Positions 8,081 through 17,330 of a DNA stretch of 64,000 nt are shown piece after piece. Every line of letters starts with the position of its first letter. Positions within the stretch are counted from its first letter, which is position 1. The position numbers and the translations under genes were made by a program. The notes below the pieces were generated by a model. That model was not told where the DNA came from. It ran no database searches and worked only from the letters and a program-made list of their open reading frames with translations. Origin of the DNA: Kiritimatiellia bacterium (GTDB lineage Bacteria; Verrucomicrobiota; Kiritimatiellia; RFP12; UBA1067); contig JAKSOZ010000004.1 in the NCBI GenBank assembly GCA_024405265.1, forward strand, positions 5,289 to 69,288, read 5' to 3'.

Positions 8081-8677
8081 TTAGAGTCCGAGCAAGGTCT
8101 TTTTCTCAATCTTGCGGATCTCCTTTTCATCCGACCAAGCGATTTCGCCGGTGGCAAGATCCTTCACGTTAAGCGTGAACTTATAGTAGCGATCGGTGAC
8201 GCCGTTGATCTGGCTACGCATTTCCGAAAGCGAGCCGTACATATACATCTGAGTCGCCGACTGCTTACCCATCTTAACGACCTTCTCGGGGTCGGCGTTC
8301 ACGGCGGCGGCACCTTCGGAATATTCGATATCCGTCTTGACCGTCGTCTTGTCGAGGAACTTGAACTTACGCGAACGAAGAAGCTGCATACGAATCGAAT
8401 CGGTGATCGATTTCATATCGAGATGCATCGACGAACGATTCTTGAAGTCTTCAATATCGAGGACCGGGCGCTTGGCGACGTATTCTTCAAAAAAGTCAGG
8501 ATTATCCAACATTTCATGAACCATTTGATTGACCGTTTCACGAACGTCTTCCGGTCCGATAGCCGAGGACTGGGTCTTGCGATCGAGGTCGACGCGTCCG
8601 CCCGTAGTCTGACAGCCGGTAAGCGCCGCGAACGATAACGCGAATATACCGAGAATTGCGATGGAGGAGAGTTTCAT
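8081..8677 (-). CDS. LpoB-like outer-membrane lipoprotein (COG3417 family)
   Basis: Lipobox ALTGC. PVLDIEDFKNRS...FKFLD...MYMYGSLSE...YYKFTLNVKDLATGEIAWSDEKEI follows the LpoB/COG3417 pattern as recalled. Confidence 0.7.
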   Translation of the reverse strand: MKLSSIAILGIFALSFAALTGCQTTGGRVDLDRKTQSSAIGPEDVRETVNQMVHEMLDNPDFFEEYVAKRPVLDIEDFKNRSSMHLDMKSITDSIRMQLLRSRKFKFLDKTTVKTDIEYSEGAAAVNADPEKVVKMGKQSATQMYMYGSLSEMRSQINGVTDRYYKFTLNVKDLATGEIAWSDEKEIRKIEKKTLLGL

Positions 8678-8692
8678 TGTCTTTTACCTTTC

Positions 8693-9937
8693 TTAATTAT
8701 GAATCCAAATGATTTTCGTCTGCCCCGCGGCGATTTCCCCGCTCGGTTCGACTTCCGCTTCCCAAACGTACTGCGCGTTCGGCAGCGTCACCCAGCTACG
8801 CGTATCTGCGCGTCGAATCGCCGATACTACGGCATTACCCGCAAGGACCGCAAGCTGAACATAGCCGTTACCGGCATTATTCGCGGCAGCTTGCGCGGCG
8901 ATTTGAGTAGCAGCGCGCGTGATATTGCGCGTTATGACGCCGGGAAGTTGATCTTGGAGATCGCGATAAGCGAGCGCGCGCACATCGACGGCGAGGCTGA
9001 GAAGCTTGCCGTCGACGGTCTTCTTCGCGGGAAGCGCTGAAGCGGTATGGTTACGATAAGAAGGAATATCGATCGACATCGCCGTATATACAGGAACGGG
9101 GACCTTAATCGACTCGCGCATTGGAATAATCCCGTCCTCGTAAATCACGATAAGGCGACCTTTATTTTGATCGAAGCGCTTGGTCCTACTCGCCGCGCGC
9201 ATGAAAACTTCGTTATCGGGCTTGATAATCGCAGCTTTTTGATACGATTTAAGCGCCATTTCAAAGCTTTCATCTTCATCGGCCTCGAACATCACCCCGG
9301 TCAAGTACCACAAAAGCGGATTCTCATAGGAATTGCGCGTTCCCTCCATCAATTCCATTACCGCGGCATTTTCCTTCTCCATAACCTCGCTCGTGCCCTT
9401 CTTCGCGCCCTCTCGGTTCTTCTCGAGGTCGGCGCCGTAGGTCGAAACCAGCGTATCTTGGACATAAACCGCCAGACGGCTATCGACTCTCGCCGAATCA
9501 AGATCCCCCTTCATTGCCTGCAACAAAATCGCGTATTCGAGCGCAAGATTAAGCTCATAAGGCGAAAGATAATATTCGCGCGTTCTATCGTCAGTTATGG
9601 TAGCCGCGAGAACCGTATTTCCAACGTCCGAGAGCTTCAACACCGGAGCGGATTCATTGCGATCGACAGCGGAATCGATCGCCATACGAAACGATTCGAG
9701 CGCTTTATCGCGATCACCCGCGAGCATATTGACACGGCCAACTTCCAATAGCCCCCAATTCTTCGAATAAGTCGACTTTTGAGCGAGTTTTTCACTCCAT
9801 TCCAGCGGATATGCGAAATTACCGACAGCGAGGTCGTTACGTGCGCGACGAGCCTCATTGTCAACGCTTACGCAACCGGCAGCGGCTAAAAGCGCAAAAA
9901 CGGCTAATACTCCGAAGTTCCGCATATCAGATCTCAC
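8693..9937 (-). CDS. lipoprotein of unknown function, helical (TPR-like) N-terminal half
   Basis: 414-aa ORF with lipobox LLAAAGC. An alternative start at M5 (9925) would remove the 11-nt overlap with the upstream gene. Possibly COG3014-like, not verified. Confidence 0.6.
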   Translation of the reverse strand: MRSDMRNFGVLAVFALLAAAGCVSVDNEARRARNDLAVGNFAYPLEWSEKLAQKSTYSKNWGLLEVGRVNMLAGDRDKALESFRMAIDSAVDRNESAPVLKLSDVGNTVLAATITDDRTREYYLSPYELNLALEYAILLQAMKGDLDSARVDSRLAVYVQDTLVSTYGADLEKNREGAKKGTSEVMEKENAAVMELMEGTRNSYENPLLWYLTGVMFEADEDESFEMALKSYQKAAIIKPDNEVFMRAASRTKRFDQNKGRLIVIYEDGIIPMRESIKVPVPVYTAMSIDIPSYRNHTASALPAKKTVDGKLLSLAVDVRALAYRDLQDQLPGVITRNITRAATQIAAQAAANNAGNGYVQLAVLAGNAVVSAIRRADTRSWVTLPNAQYVWEAEVEPSGEIAAGQTKIIWIHN

Positions 9938-10322
9938 GAATCCGGATGATTGCCGTCACGCCCTTCGCGTTCGGCGACATCCCAGTTATGACCGCTTCTT
10001 CGTAACCGTCGATGATAAGCGAATGAAACGCGGCGCTATCCTCCATAATCGGCGCGCCGTCCGCGTCAAGCCAGCTGACGCGAGCTTGGAGATTCAAGCG
10101 ATACTTTCGATTCGACCTTACCGTAACGATTGCCTTCTTCAAATCCCCTACTTCAACGTAGTTCGTGCCAATGACGTCGAGCTTACCGTCAAGGAACGGC
10201 GAATTCTCGACAATCGTCTTCGCACCGGTTTCGGTATTGATCGTGACACGTGTGTTACGTGTCTCATGACAACCGCAGATAAACGCGGCCATTACAAGTA
10301 AAATCCAAGAAAGATTTTTCAT
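9927..10322 (-). CDS. YcfL-like (DUF1425) lipoprotein
   Basis: 131 aa with lipobox FICGC. VTVRSNRKYRLNLQARVSWLDADGAPI resembles the YcfL core (YRFYWYDxxG) as recalled. Confidence 0.55.
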   Translation of the reverse strand: MKNLSWILLVMAAFICGCHETRNTRVTINTETGAKTIVENSPFLDGKLDVIGTNYVEVGDLKKAIVTVRSNRKYRLNLQARVSWLDADGAPIMEDSAAFHSLIIDGYEEAVITGMSPNAKGVTAIIRIREI

Positions 10323-10436
10323 CGTTCACACTCTCCTTTAAATTTTTCATTTCATATTTTACTAAATTGCCGTGGCTTTGCCAAGGGGATTCGTCAAACC
10401 GATTTATATGTCCATAGAAAAATGTTACACTTGCGC

Positions 10437-10465
10437 TTGACCGAAAGACGGAAAAAAAGTATAAT
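10437..10465 (+). promoter_or_regulatory. sigma-70 promoter of the V-ATPase/ftsH array (TTGACC-N17-TATAAT)
   Basis: TTGACC at 10437-10442, a 17-nt spacer, and TATAAT at 10460-10465. This is 34 nt upstream of the ATG at 10499. Confidence 0.55.
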
Positions 10466-10474
10466 ATTCGCATA

Positions 10475-10486
10475 CTTATCGATAAG
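10475..10486. promoter_or_regulatory. perfect 12-bp palindrome CTTATCGATAAG at the predicted transcription start; candidate operator
   Basis: Lies 10 nt downstream of the -10 hexamer and overlaps the SD (AAGGA). The identical 12-mer recurs at 11367-11378 inside the second gene of the operon. Confidence 0.3.
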
Positions 10487-10498
10487 GAATATTTAACC

Positions 10499-11065
10499 AT
10501 GGAAGACCTCCAGAGCTTGCTCGAAAAAATCAACCGCGATGGCGTCGAAAAAGCGAACGCTACCGCTAAGACCATCATCGACGAAGCGACCGAAAAAGCC
10601 GCCAAAATCTTAGCCGACGCGAAGGCCGAAGCCGCCGCTACAGCTGCTAACGCGAAAACTGAAGCCGAGGGCTATCAGAAGCGCGCCGAAGAGACCATTA
10701 AGCAGGCCGCTCGCGACGTCATTTTGAACGTCGAAAGCTCGATCACCAAGATGCTCGAAGGCCTTCTTCTTAAGGATGTCGAAACGGCGCTTACCGACGA
10801 GAAGGCCGCGACCGAGCTCGTATTAAGCGCGATCAAAGACGTCACGGCCGATGCCGAAATCGCCGCGGGTGAGAAGCTCGCCGCGACGTTGAAGGCCTCG
10901 CTCGCCGCGAAGAAGAACTTTACCGTCATCACCGATTCCCAAGCGGAAACCGGCTTCTCCGTGAAGCTTGATGGGGGCCGAGTCGAACACGCGTTCACCG
11001 CGGGCGTAATCGCCGCGGAACTCTCGAAGCGCCTTCGTGCCGACCTCGCGAAACTCTTGAAATAA
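10499..11065 (+). CDS. ntpE: V/A-type ATPase subunit E
   Basis: 188 aa. Long Ala/Glu/Lys-rich N-terminal helix plus a C-terminal globular part (GFSVKLDGGRVEHAFTAGVIAAELSKRLR), typical of subunit E. Sits at the head of the A/B operon. Confidence 0.75.
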   Translation: MEDLQSLLEKINRDGVEKANATAKTIIDEATEKAAKILADAKAEAAATAANAKTEAEGYQKRAEETIKQAARDVILNVESSITKMLEGLLLKDVETALTDEKAATELVLSAIKDVTADAEIAAGEKLAATLKASLAAKKNFTVITDSQAETGFSVKLDGGRVEHAFTAGVIAAELSKRLRADLAKLLK

Positions 11066-11096
11066 GGTCAAGGGACTTTGGTCAAGGTGAAGTGAT

Positions 11097-11561
11097 ATGT
11101 TGCCGACCGATTTTATCGTCTCGAGCTTGCCGACTTTAAGTTTCGACGCACCCCCCGCGATTACGTGGGAAAAGTTCGTCGAGACCGTAGGCGAGCTCTC
11201 GACCCCGCCCGCAGAGTGGACGGATCTCGAGACTCAACTTCGAAACGCGCTCGCTGAAGCGCGTGGTGGCGAGAAGTATAAGCGTCCCGCCACCGGAGCG
11301 TCGCTCTATTGGAAAAACCGAATTCTCGCCGCTTTTCAGGAAAAGGATGTTTTAAAGCGCGACGAGCTTATCGATAAGGTTTGGTGGGACGCGGCGGGCG
11401 AACTTACGCCGGTCGCAAGTCCCCTTTCCAAAGGCGCGCTTCACACGTACTCGGTACGTCTTAAAATCGCTTTGAAACGCGCGCTCCTCTCCGAAAAGGA
11501 AGGCAACGCCGCATTCGATCGTCTTACCGCCGAAACTAAAATGGAGAATATTTTATCATGA
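11097..11561 (+). CDS. DUF2764-like V-ATPase-operon protein (short form)
   Basis: Position between E and A as in Chlamydia/Bacteroidetes operons. The N-terminal DFIVSSLPTLSF resembles the DUF2764 start motif. ATGA overlap with subunit A. Confidence 0.5.
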   Translation: MLPTDFIVSSLPTLSFDAPPAITWEKFVETVGELSTPPAEWTDLETQLRNALAEARGGEKYKRPATGASLYWKNRILAAFQEKDVLKRDELIDKVWWDAAGELTPVASPLSKGALHTYSVRLKIALKRALLSEKEGNAAFDRLTAETKMENILS

Positions 11562-13327
11562 CCACGAATGGAAAAATCGTAGCGGTCAACGGCAACATGA
11601 TCACCGTCAAGTTCGACGGCGCCGTGGCCCAGAACGAAGTCGGTTACGCCAAACTCGGCGATCAGCGCCTCATGGCCGAAATCGTTCGTGTTCGCGGAGT
11701 CAAGTGTGATATGCAGGTCTTCGACTCGACTACCGACCTCTCGGTCGGCGACGACGTCGAATTCTCGGGCGAACTTCTCGCCGCGGAACTTGGGCCCGGC
11801 ATGCTCACGCAGGTTTACGATGGCCTCCAGAACCCGCTCGCCGAACTCGCGAAAGAAGCGGCGAAGATTTCGAAGGACGCCGAATTCTTCCTCCAGCGCG
11901 GCATGTATCTCCCCGGCCTTCCGCGTGACAAGAAGTGGGACTTCCACCCGACCGCGAAAGTCGGCGACAAGGTCTCGGCGGGCGATAAGCTCGGTTGGGT
12001 CACGGAAGGCATCTTCGACAATAAGACGATGCCCGGCCACAAGATCATGGCGCCCTTCGCGCTTAAAGGAAATTACACCGTCAAGACCATCGCTCCCGAA
12101 GGCGACTACACGGTAACCGAAGAAATCGCGACGCTCGCCGATCCCTCGGGCAAGGAAGTCAAGGTCACGATGATGCAGCGCTGGCCCGTCAAAGTCCCGA
12201 TCAAGTGCTTCACCGAGCGCCTCGCTCCCGAAGAAACGCTCGAGACGACCGTCCGCACGATCGATACCTTCTTCCCCGTCGCTGTCGGCGGAACGTACTG
12301 CATTCCCGGCCCCTTCGGCGCGGGCAAGACGGTTCTTCAGCAGACGACCGCGCGTTACGCGAAGGTCGACATCGTCATTTCCGCCGCGTGCGGTGAACGC
12401 GCCGGCGAAGTCGTCGAAACTTTGAAGGAATTCCCCGAGCTCGTCGACCCCAAGACGGGTAAGAGCTTGATGGAAAGAACGATCATCATTTGCAACACCT
12501 CGTCGATGCCGGTCGCTTCGCGTGAAGCTTCGGTTTACACCGCCGTCACTCTCGCAGAGTACTTCCGTCAGATGGGTCTTAACGTCCTCGTTCTCGCCGA
12601 CTCGACTTCGCGTTGGGCGCAGGCGATGCGTGAACTTTCGGGCCGTCTCGAAGAAATCCCGGGCGAAGAAGCGTTCCCCGCTTACCTCGAATCGCGTATC
12701 GCGGCGTTCTACGAGCGCGCGGGCCGCGTCAAATTAAAAGACGGCACGATCGGCTCGGTCACCATCGGCGGCACGGTCTCGCCCGCAGGCGGTAACTTCG
12801 ATGAACCCGTAACTCAGGCGACCTTGAAGGTCGTCGGCGGCTTCCACGGCCTTTCGCGTGCGCGTTCCGACGCTCGTCGCTACCCCGCTATCGACCCACT
12901 CGATTCTTGGAGCCACTACAACTCGGTCATCGAACAGACGCGAGTCGAAACCGCTCGCAAGATCCTTCGCAAGGGTAACGAAGTCGGCCAGATGATGAAG
13001 GTCGTCGGCGAAGAAGGTACGTCCTTAGAGGACTTCACGACCTATCTCAAGGCCGAATTCCTCGACGCCGTTTACCTCCAGCAGAACGCGTTCTCCGATA
13101 CCGACGCGACGACTCCCGTCGAGCGTCAGAAGATCATGTTCACGGTCGTCGAAAAGGCGCTCCTTAGCTCCTACAAGCTCGCCGATAAGGATACGACGCG
13201 TAAGTTCTTCATGGATCTTCAGCAGACCTTCATCGACTGGAACGATAAGCCGATGGGCAGCGCGGAGTTCGAAACGATGAAGGCGCAGCTGATCGAGAAG
13301 ATCGAAACAGCAGCGAGTGATAAGTGA
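11558..13327 (+). CDS. ntpA: V/A-type ATPase catalytic subunit A
   Basis: 589 aa with Walker A GPFGAGKTV, plus SRWAQAMRELSGRLEEIPGEEAFPAYL and the non-homologous insert typical of A subunits. Confidence 0.95.
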   Translation: MTTNGKIVAVNGNMITVKFDGAVAQNEVGYAKLGDQRLMAEIVRVRGVKCDMQVFDSTTDLSVGDDVEFSGELLAAELGPGMLTQVYDGLQNPLAELAKEAAKISKDAEFFLQRGMYLPGLPRDKKWDFHPTAKVGDKVSAGDKLGWVTEGIFDNKTMPGHKIMAPFALKGNYTVKTIAPEGDYTVTEEIATLADPSGKEVKVTMMQRWPVKVPIKCFTERLAPEETLETTVRTIDTFFPVAVGGTYCIPGPFGAGKTVLQQTTARYAKVDIVISAACGERAGEVVETLKEFPELVDPKTGKSLMERTIIICNTSSMPVASREASVYTAVTLAEYFRQMGLNVLVLADSTSRWAQAMRELSGRLEEIPGEEAFPAYLESRIAAFYERAGRVKLKDGTIGSVTIGGTVSPAGGNFDEPVTQATLKVVGGFHGLSRARSDARRYPAIDPLDSWSHYNSVIEQTRVETARKILRKGNEVGQMMKVVGEEGTSLEDFTTYLKAEFLDAVYLQQNAFSDTDATTPVERQKIMFTVVEKALLSSYKLADKDTTRKFFMDLQQTFIDWNDKPMGSAEFETMKAQLIEKIETAASDK

Positions 13328-13345
13328 TTAGTGATAAGTGATAAA
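13318..13345 (+). repeat. 4 x 7-nt tandem array TGATAAG-TGATTAG-TGATAAG-TGATAAA spanning the ntpA stop codon
   Basis: Read directly from the sequence. It is 26/28 identical to the sense-strand array at 62482-62509. Stop codons close all three frames within 12 nt. Confidence 0.9.
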
Positions 13346-13363
13346 TTAGAGGAGACTTAAACA

Positions 13364-14665
13364 ATGTTCAACAATAAAGTTTATCACAAGATCGATGCTC
13401 TTTCGGGCTCTGTCGCGACGCTTCGCGCTGAAGGCGTGAAGTACAACGAAATCGCCGAAGTCGAATCGCGTGCGGGTACGTCCCTCGCTCAGGTCATCAA
13501 GCTCGACGGCAACAACGTCACCCTCCAGATCTTCGCGGGTGCGCGCGGCGTCGATACTTCCGCCAAGGTTCGCTTCCTCGGCGAAACGATGAAGGTTCCG
13601 TATTCGAGCGCCCTTTTGGGTCGTGCGTTCACGGGTTCGGGCGTGCCGCGTGATGGTGGCCCCGAAATCAAGGATAATCCTTCTCCTATCGGTCAGCCCT
13701 CGGTGAACCCCGCGAAGCGTATCATGCCGAACGAGATGGTTCGTACGAACATCCCGATGATCGACCTCTTCAATACGCTCGTGAAGAGCCAGAAGCTCCC
13801 GATCTTCTCGGCCGCGGGTGAACCTTACAACGAACTCCTCGCGCGTATCGCCCTTCAGGCCGACTCCGATGTCATCATCATCGGCGGCATGGGACTTAAG
13901 TATGACGAATACCTCAAGTTCCGCTCGACCCTTGATAAGTCCGGCGCGCTCGCGAAGACGGTGATGTTCGTTCATACCGCCGCGGACCCGACGGTCGAAT
14001 GTATGCTCGTTCCTGATGTCTCGCTCGCGGTCGCCGAAAAGTTCGCGCTCGAAGGTAAGAACGTCCTCGTCCTCTTAACCGACATGACGAGCTTCGCCGA
14101 CGCGATGAAGGAAATCGCCATCACCATGGAACAGATTCCTTCGAACCGCGGCTACCCCGGCGACCTCTACTCGCAGCTCGCCGCCCGTTATGAAAAGGCG
14201 GTCGACTTCGATGGCGCCGGTTCGATCACGATTCTCGCGGTAACGACGATGCCGGGCGGCGACGTCACTCACCCCGTTCCGGACAACACGGGCTACATCA
14301 CGGAAGGTCAGTTCTACCTTAAGAACGGCCGTATCGAACCGTTCGGTTCCCTCTCCCGTCTTAAACAGCAGGTCAACAAGAATACGCGCGAAGACCACCG
14401 CACCATCATGGACGCGATGATCAAGCTCTACGCGCAGTACAAGGAAACCGTCGAAAAGCAGTCGATGGGCTTCAAGATGTCGGCCTGGGACAATAAACTC
14501 CTTAAATACGGCGCCGACTTCGAAAAGCGCATGATGGACCTCTCGGTCAACATCTCGCTCGAAGACGCGCTCGACTTGGGCTGGAAAACGCTCGCAGACA
14601 ACTTCGACAAGACCGAAGTCGGTATTCCTTCGAAGCTCTCCGATAAGTTCTGGCCCAAAAAGTAA
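13364..14665 (+). CDS. ntpB: V/A-type ATPase subunit B
   Basis: 433 aa with a degenerate P-loop, plus [36 protein letters not shown] and ITEGQFYL, as in B subunits. Confidence 0.95.
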   Translation: MFNNKVYHKIDALSGSVATLRAEGVKYNEIAEVESRAGTSLAQVIKLDGNNVTLQIFAGARGVDTSAKVRFLGETMKVPYSSALLGRAFTGSGVPRDGGPEIKDNPSPIGQPSVNPAKRIMPNEMVRTNIPMIDLFNTLVKSQKLPIFSAAGEPYNELLARIALQADSDVIIIGGMGLKYDEYLKFRSTLDKSGALAKTVMFVHTAADPTVECMLVPDVSLAVAEKFALEGKNVLVLLTDMTSFADAMKEIAITMEQIPSNRGYPGDLYSQLAARYEKAVDFDGAGSITILAVTTMPGGDVTHPVPDNTGYITEGQFYLKNGRIEPFGSLSRLKQQVNKNTREDHRTIMDAMIKLYAQYKETVEKQSMGFKMSAWDNKLLKYGADFEKRMMDLSVNISLEDALDLGWKTLADNFDKTEVGIPSKLSDKFWPKK

Positions 14666-14668
14666 TAG

Positions 14669-16507
14669 ATGGCGAGAAAGAAGAATAAAAACGTAAATAT
14701 GGCGGCGCTGCGATCTTGGCTAATGATCGCGGCGCTTGTCGCCGTATTCGTGGGGACATTTCGTATGTCCCCCGAGAAGCATAAAATCACCGAGCTTACC
14801 TTAACCGAGTTCTATCAAAAGCTCGGCGCGGGAGAAATCACCTCTCCCATTACCCGCGTCATCGATCATGACGGCGGGGAGACGTATCTTAAGGGCAAGG
14901 ATTGGCGCGTCAATCTCGTTCCCGGCGAAAACGAGGCCTTCATGAAAGACCTTTTCGCCCGCGGCATCCCTGTCAAAGTCGAACATGAGCGCAATCCTTG
15001 GATCGGATTTCTAACCCAGATTCTCTCGTTCGTCCTCTTCATCGGCTTCTTCTACTGGCTCTTCTACAAGAAGATGGGCGGGGCAGGTGGTCCATTCAGC
15101 TTCGGGAAATCCAAAGCTAAAGTCCTGAACGGCAAGGAAGACAAGAAAGGCGCGATTTCGTTCGCCGATGTCGCAGGCGTCGACGAAGCAAAGGAAGAAG
15201 TCCAAGAGATTGTCGAATTCTTGAAAGAGCCCGCTGCGTTTCAGAAGCTCGGCGGTAGAATCCCTAAGGGTGTTCTCCTCGTGGGACCGCCCGGAACGGG
15301 TAAGACCCTCCTCGCGAAAGCTATCGCAGGCGAGGCGAAAGTTCCCTTCTTCGCGATGAGCGGCAGTGACTTCGAAGAAATGTTCGTCGGTGTCGGCGCG
15401 AGTCGTATGCGTGATATGTTCGCCGAAGCGAAGAAAGCCGCGCCTTGCATCATCTTCATCGACGAAATCGATTCGATTGGTATGAAGCGTACGGGCGCCG
15501 GAGCTTTAGGTGGTTCGCATGCCTACGAACAGACCTTGAACACGATGCTCGTCGAGATGGACGGCTTCACTTCCTCCGAAGGCGTTATCGTAATCGCCGC
15601 GACGAATCGTCCCGATACGCTCGACTCTGCGCTTATGCGCCCCGGGCGCTTTGACCGCCAGGTGATGATTGATCTTCCAACCTTGAAAGGTCGCGAAGAA
15701 ATTCTTGCTCTCCACGGCAAGAAGATCAAATTCGCTCCGGATGCGGACTTGAAGCGCGTTGCCCGCGGCACTCCCGGCTTCTCGGGCGCGGATCTCGCGA
15801 ACTTGCTCAACGAAGCCGCCCTCCTGGCGGTAAGAAAGAAACTCGAAGGTGTCGATATGGCGACTCTCGACGAAGCGCGCGATAAGGTTCTTTGGGGGCG
15901 CGAGAGAAAGAGCTCGGGCTACAGCCAAAAAGATCGCGAAACTACCGCTTGGCATGAAGCGGGGCACGCGCTATTGCAGGTTCTTCTCCCTGATACAGAT
16001 CCCGTTCACAAGGTGACGATCATTCCTCGCGGAAGAGCCCTCGGCGCTACCATGTCGCTTCCTGAAGAAGATGTTCTCAACCATACGAAGAACTACTTCC
16101 TCTCGCTGATGGCTGTCTGTTGCGGTGGACGCATCGCTGAGGAAATCTTTACCGGTGATATCTCTACCGGTGCAAGCCAAGACATTCGTCAGGCAACGGC
16201 CATTGCCCGCGATATGATCTGCCGCTTCGGCATGAGCGAGCGCTTCGGCTTTCAGGCCTTTCAGGAGCCGAGCCAATTCACCGGCGAAGAACTTTCCCCC
16301 GCTTTCAGCGAAAAGACCTCGCAAGAAATCGATGACGAAGTCAAGAAGATGATCGACTCGGCATACACCCTCGCAGCCAAGCTTATCCATGAAAATCGCG
16401 ATAAACTCGAAACTCTCGCCAAACGGCTCTTAGAGAAAGAGACGATGGACGGATTGGAGGTCGAGAAGATCGTAAAGGCGGAAATTTCCAATGATGACTT
16501 GGCTTGA
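14669..16507 (+). CDS. ftsH: ATP-dependent zinc metalloprotease FtsH
   Basis: Two N-terminal TM segments, Walker A GPPGTGKT, Walker B IIFIDEID, an SRH region, and the zinc site HEAGHA. Confidence 0.95.
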   Translation: MARKKNKNVNMAALRSWLMIAALVAVFVGTFRMSPEKHKITELTLTEFYQKLGAGEITSPITRVIDHDGGETYLKGKDWRVNLVPGENEAFMKDLFARGIPVKVEHERNPWIGFLTQILSFVLFIGFFYWLFYKKMGGAGGPFSFGKSKAKVLNGKEDKKGAISFADVAGVDEAKEEVQEIVEFLKEPAAFQKLGGRIPKGVLLVGPPGTGKTLLAKAIAGEAKVPFFAMSGSDFEEMFVGVGASRMRDMFAEAKKAAPCIIFIDEIDSIGMKRTGAGALGGSHAYEQTLNTMLVEMDGFTSSEGVIVIAATNRPDTLDSALMRPGRFDRQVMIDLPTLKGREEILALHGKKIKFAPDADLKRVARGTPGFSGADLANLLNEAALLAVRKKLEGVDMATLDEARDKVLWGRERKSSGYSQKDRETTAWHEAGHALLQVLLPDTDPVHKVTIIPRGRALGATMSLPEEDVLNHTKNYFLSLMAVCCGGRIAEEIFTGDISTGASQDIRQATAIARDMICRFGMSERFGFQAFQEPSQFTGEELSPAFSEKTSQEIDDEVKKMIDSAYTLAAKLIHENRDKLETLAKRLLEKETMDGLEVEKIVKAEISNDDLA

Positions 16508-17330
16508 AACACTCTATGACAAAACGGACTTCTCGGCGATAATCCAGATCGCCATCCTCTATCTTGTCATCTACTCGATTTTGAAAGCGGCGAAAGGTTC
16601 ACGATTCGGGCAGCTGTTGATGGGCGTCGGCATCCTCGCCTCGCTACTCGTGGCTTTTACCTACCTCTTCAACTTCGACGTTCTCTCGCGAATCATCCAG
16701 TTCTTACTCGTGTACCTCGCGATTTCGTCGGTCGTGCTCTTTCAGCCTGAGATCCGCCGAATTCTCGCGCAAATGGGAGCTTTGGGATTTGGAGAAAAGC
16801 CCAAACACGATACTAACGGCGCGGCGACGGCGGAATTCATTACGGAAGTCATTCTCTCGCTGGCCAAGCAGCGCGTTGGCGCGCTATTCGCCTTTGAAAA
16901 CGGCATTTCGCTTCGTAGCTACGAAGAAACCGGTATCACCACGAACGCCACGATTTCTCATGAACTCATCATGTCGATCTTGACGCCTCCGATGCCGCTA
17001 CACGATGGAGGATGCATTATACGCGAAGGTCGTCTCTCTGCCGCGCACTGCATCTTCCCCGTCTCCAATAATCCGAACCTCATCTCGTCAGGCATGCGGC
17101 ATCGAGCGGCCGTCGGGCTTTCCGAAGAAACCGATGCCGTCGTGATCGTCGTCTCCGAGGAATCGGGTGCTGTCTCCGTCGCCAATAACGGCAAACTTTA
17201 TCGCTACAAAAACGACACCCGCGAACAGTCACTCAAACGATGGGTAACGAAGGCGATGGGCGTAGACAACGAAAGCGGTAAGCTCTCATCGCTCATTTAT
17301 TCTCTTCTTCCGCAGAATCTCAAAAAATGA
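16491..17330 (+). CDS. cdaA: diadenylate cyclase CdaA (c-di-AMP synthase)
   Basis: Three N-terminal TM helices plus a DAC domain (PLHDGGCIIREGRL, GMRHRAAVGLSEETDAVVIVVSEESG). Confidence 0.9.
   Translation: MMTWLETLYDKTDFSAIIQIAILYLVIYSILKAAKGSRFGQLLMGVGILASLLVAFTYLFNFDVLSRIIQFLLVYLAISSVVLFQPEIRRILAQMGALGFGEKPKHDTNGAATAEFITEVILSLAKQRVGALFAFENGISLRSYEETGITTNATISHELIMSILTPPMPLHDGGCIIREGRLSAAHCIFPVSNNPNLISSGMRHRAAVGLSEETDAVVIVVSEESGAVSVANNGKLYRYKNDTREQSLKRWVTKAMGVDNESGKLSSLIYSLLPQNLKK

Noticed and set aside
10264-10605. A 113-aa minus-strand ORF spanning the divergent promoter region between the ycfL-like gene and ntpE.
   Set aside because: It overlaps the 5' ends of two supported genes and the predicted promoter. 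It has no RBS or recognisable motifs, and its frame runs antisense to ntpE.
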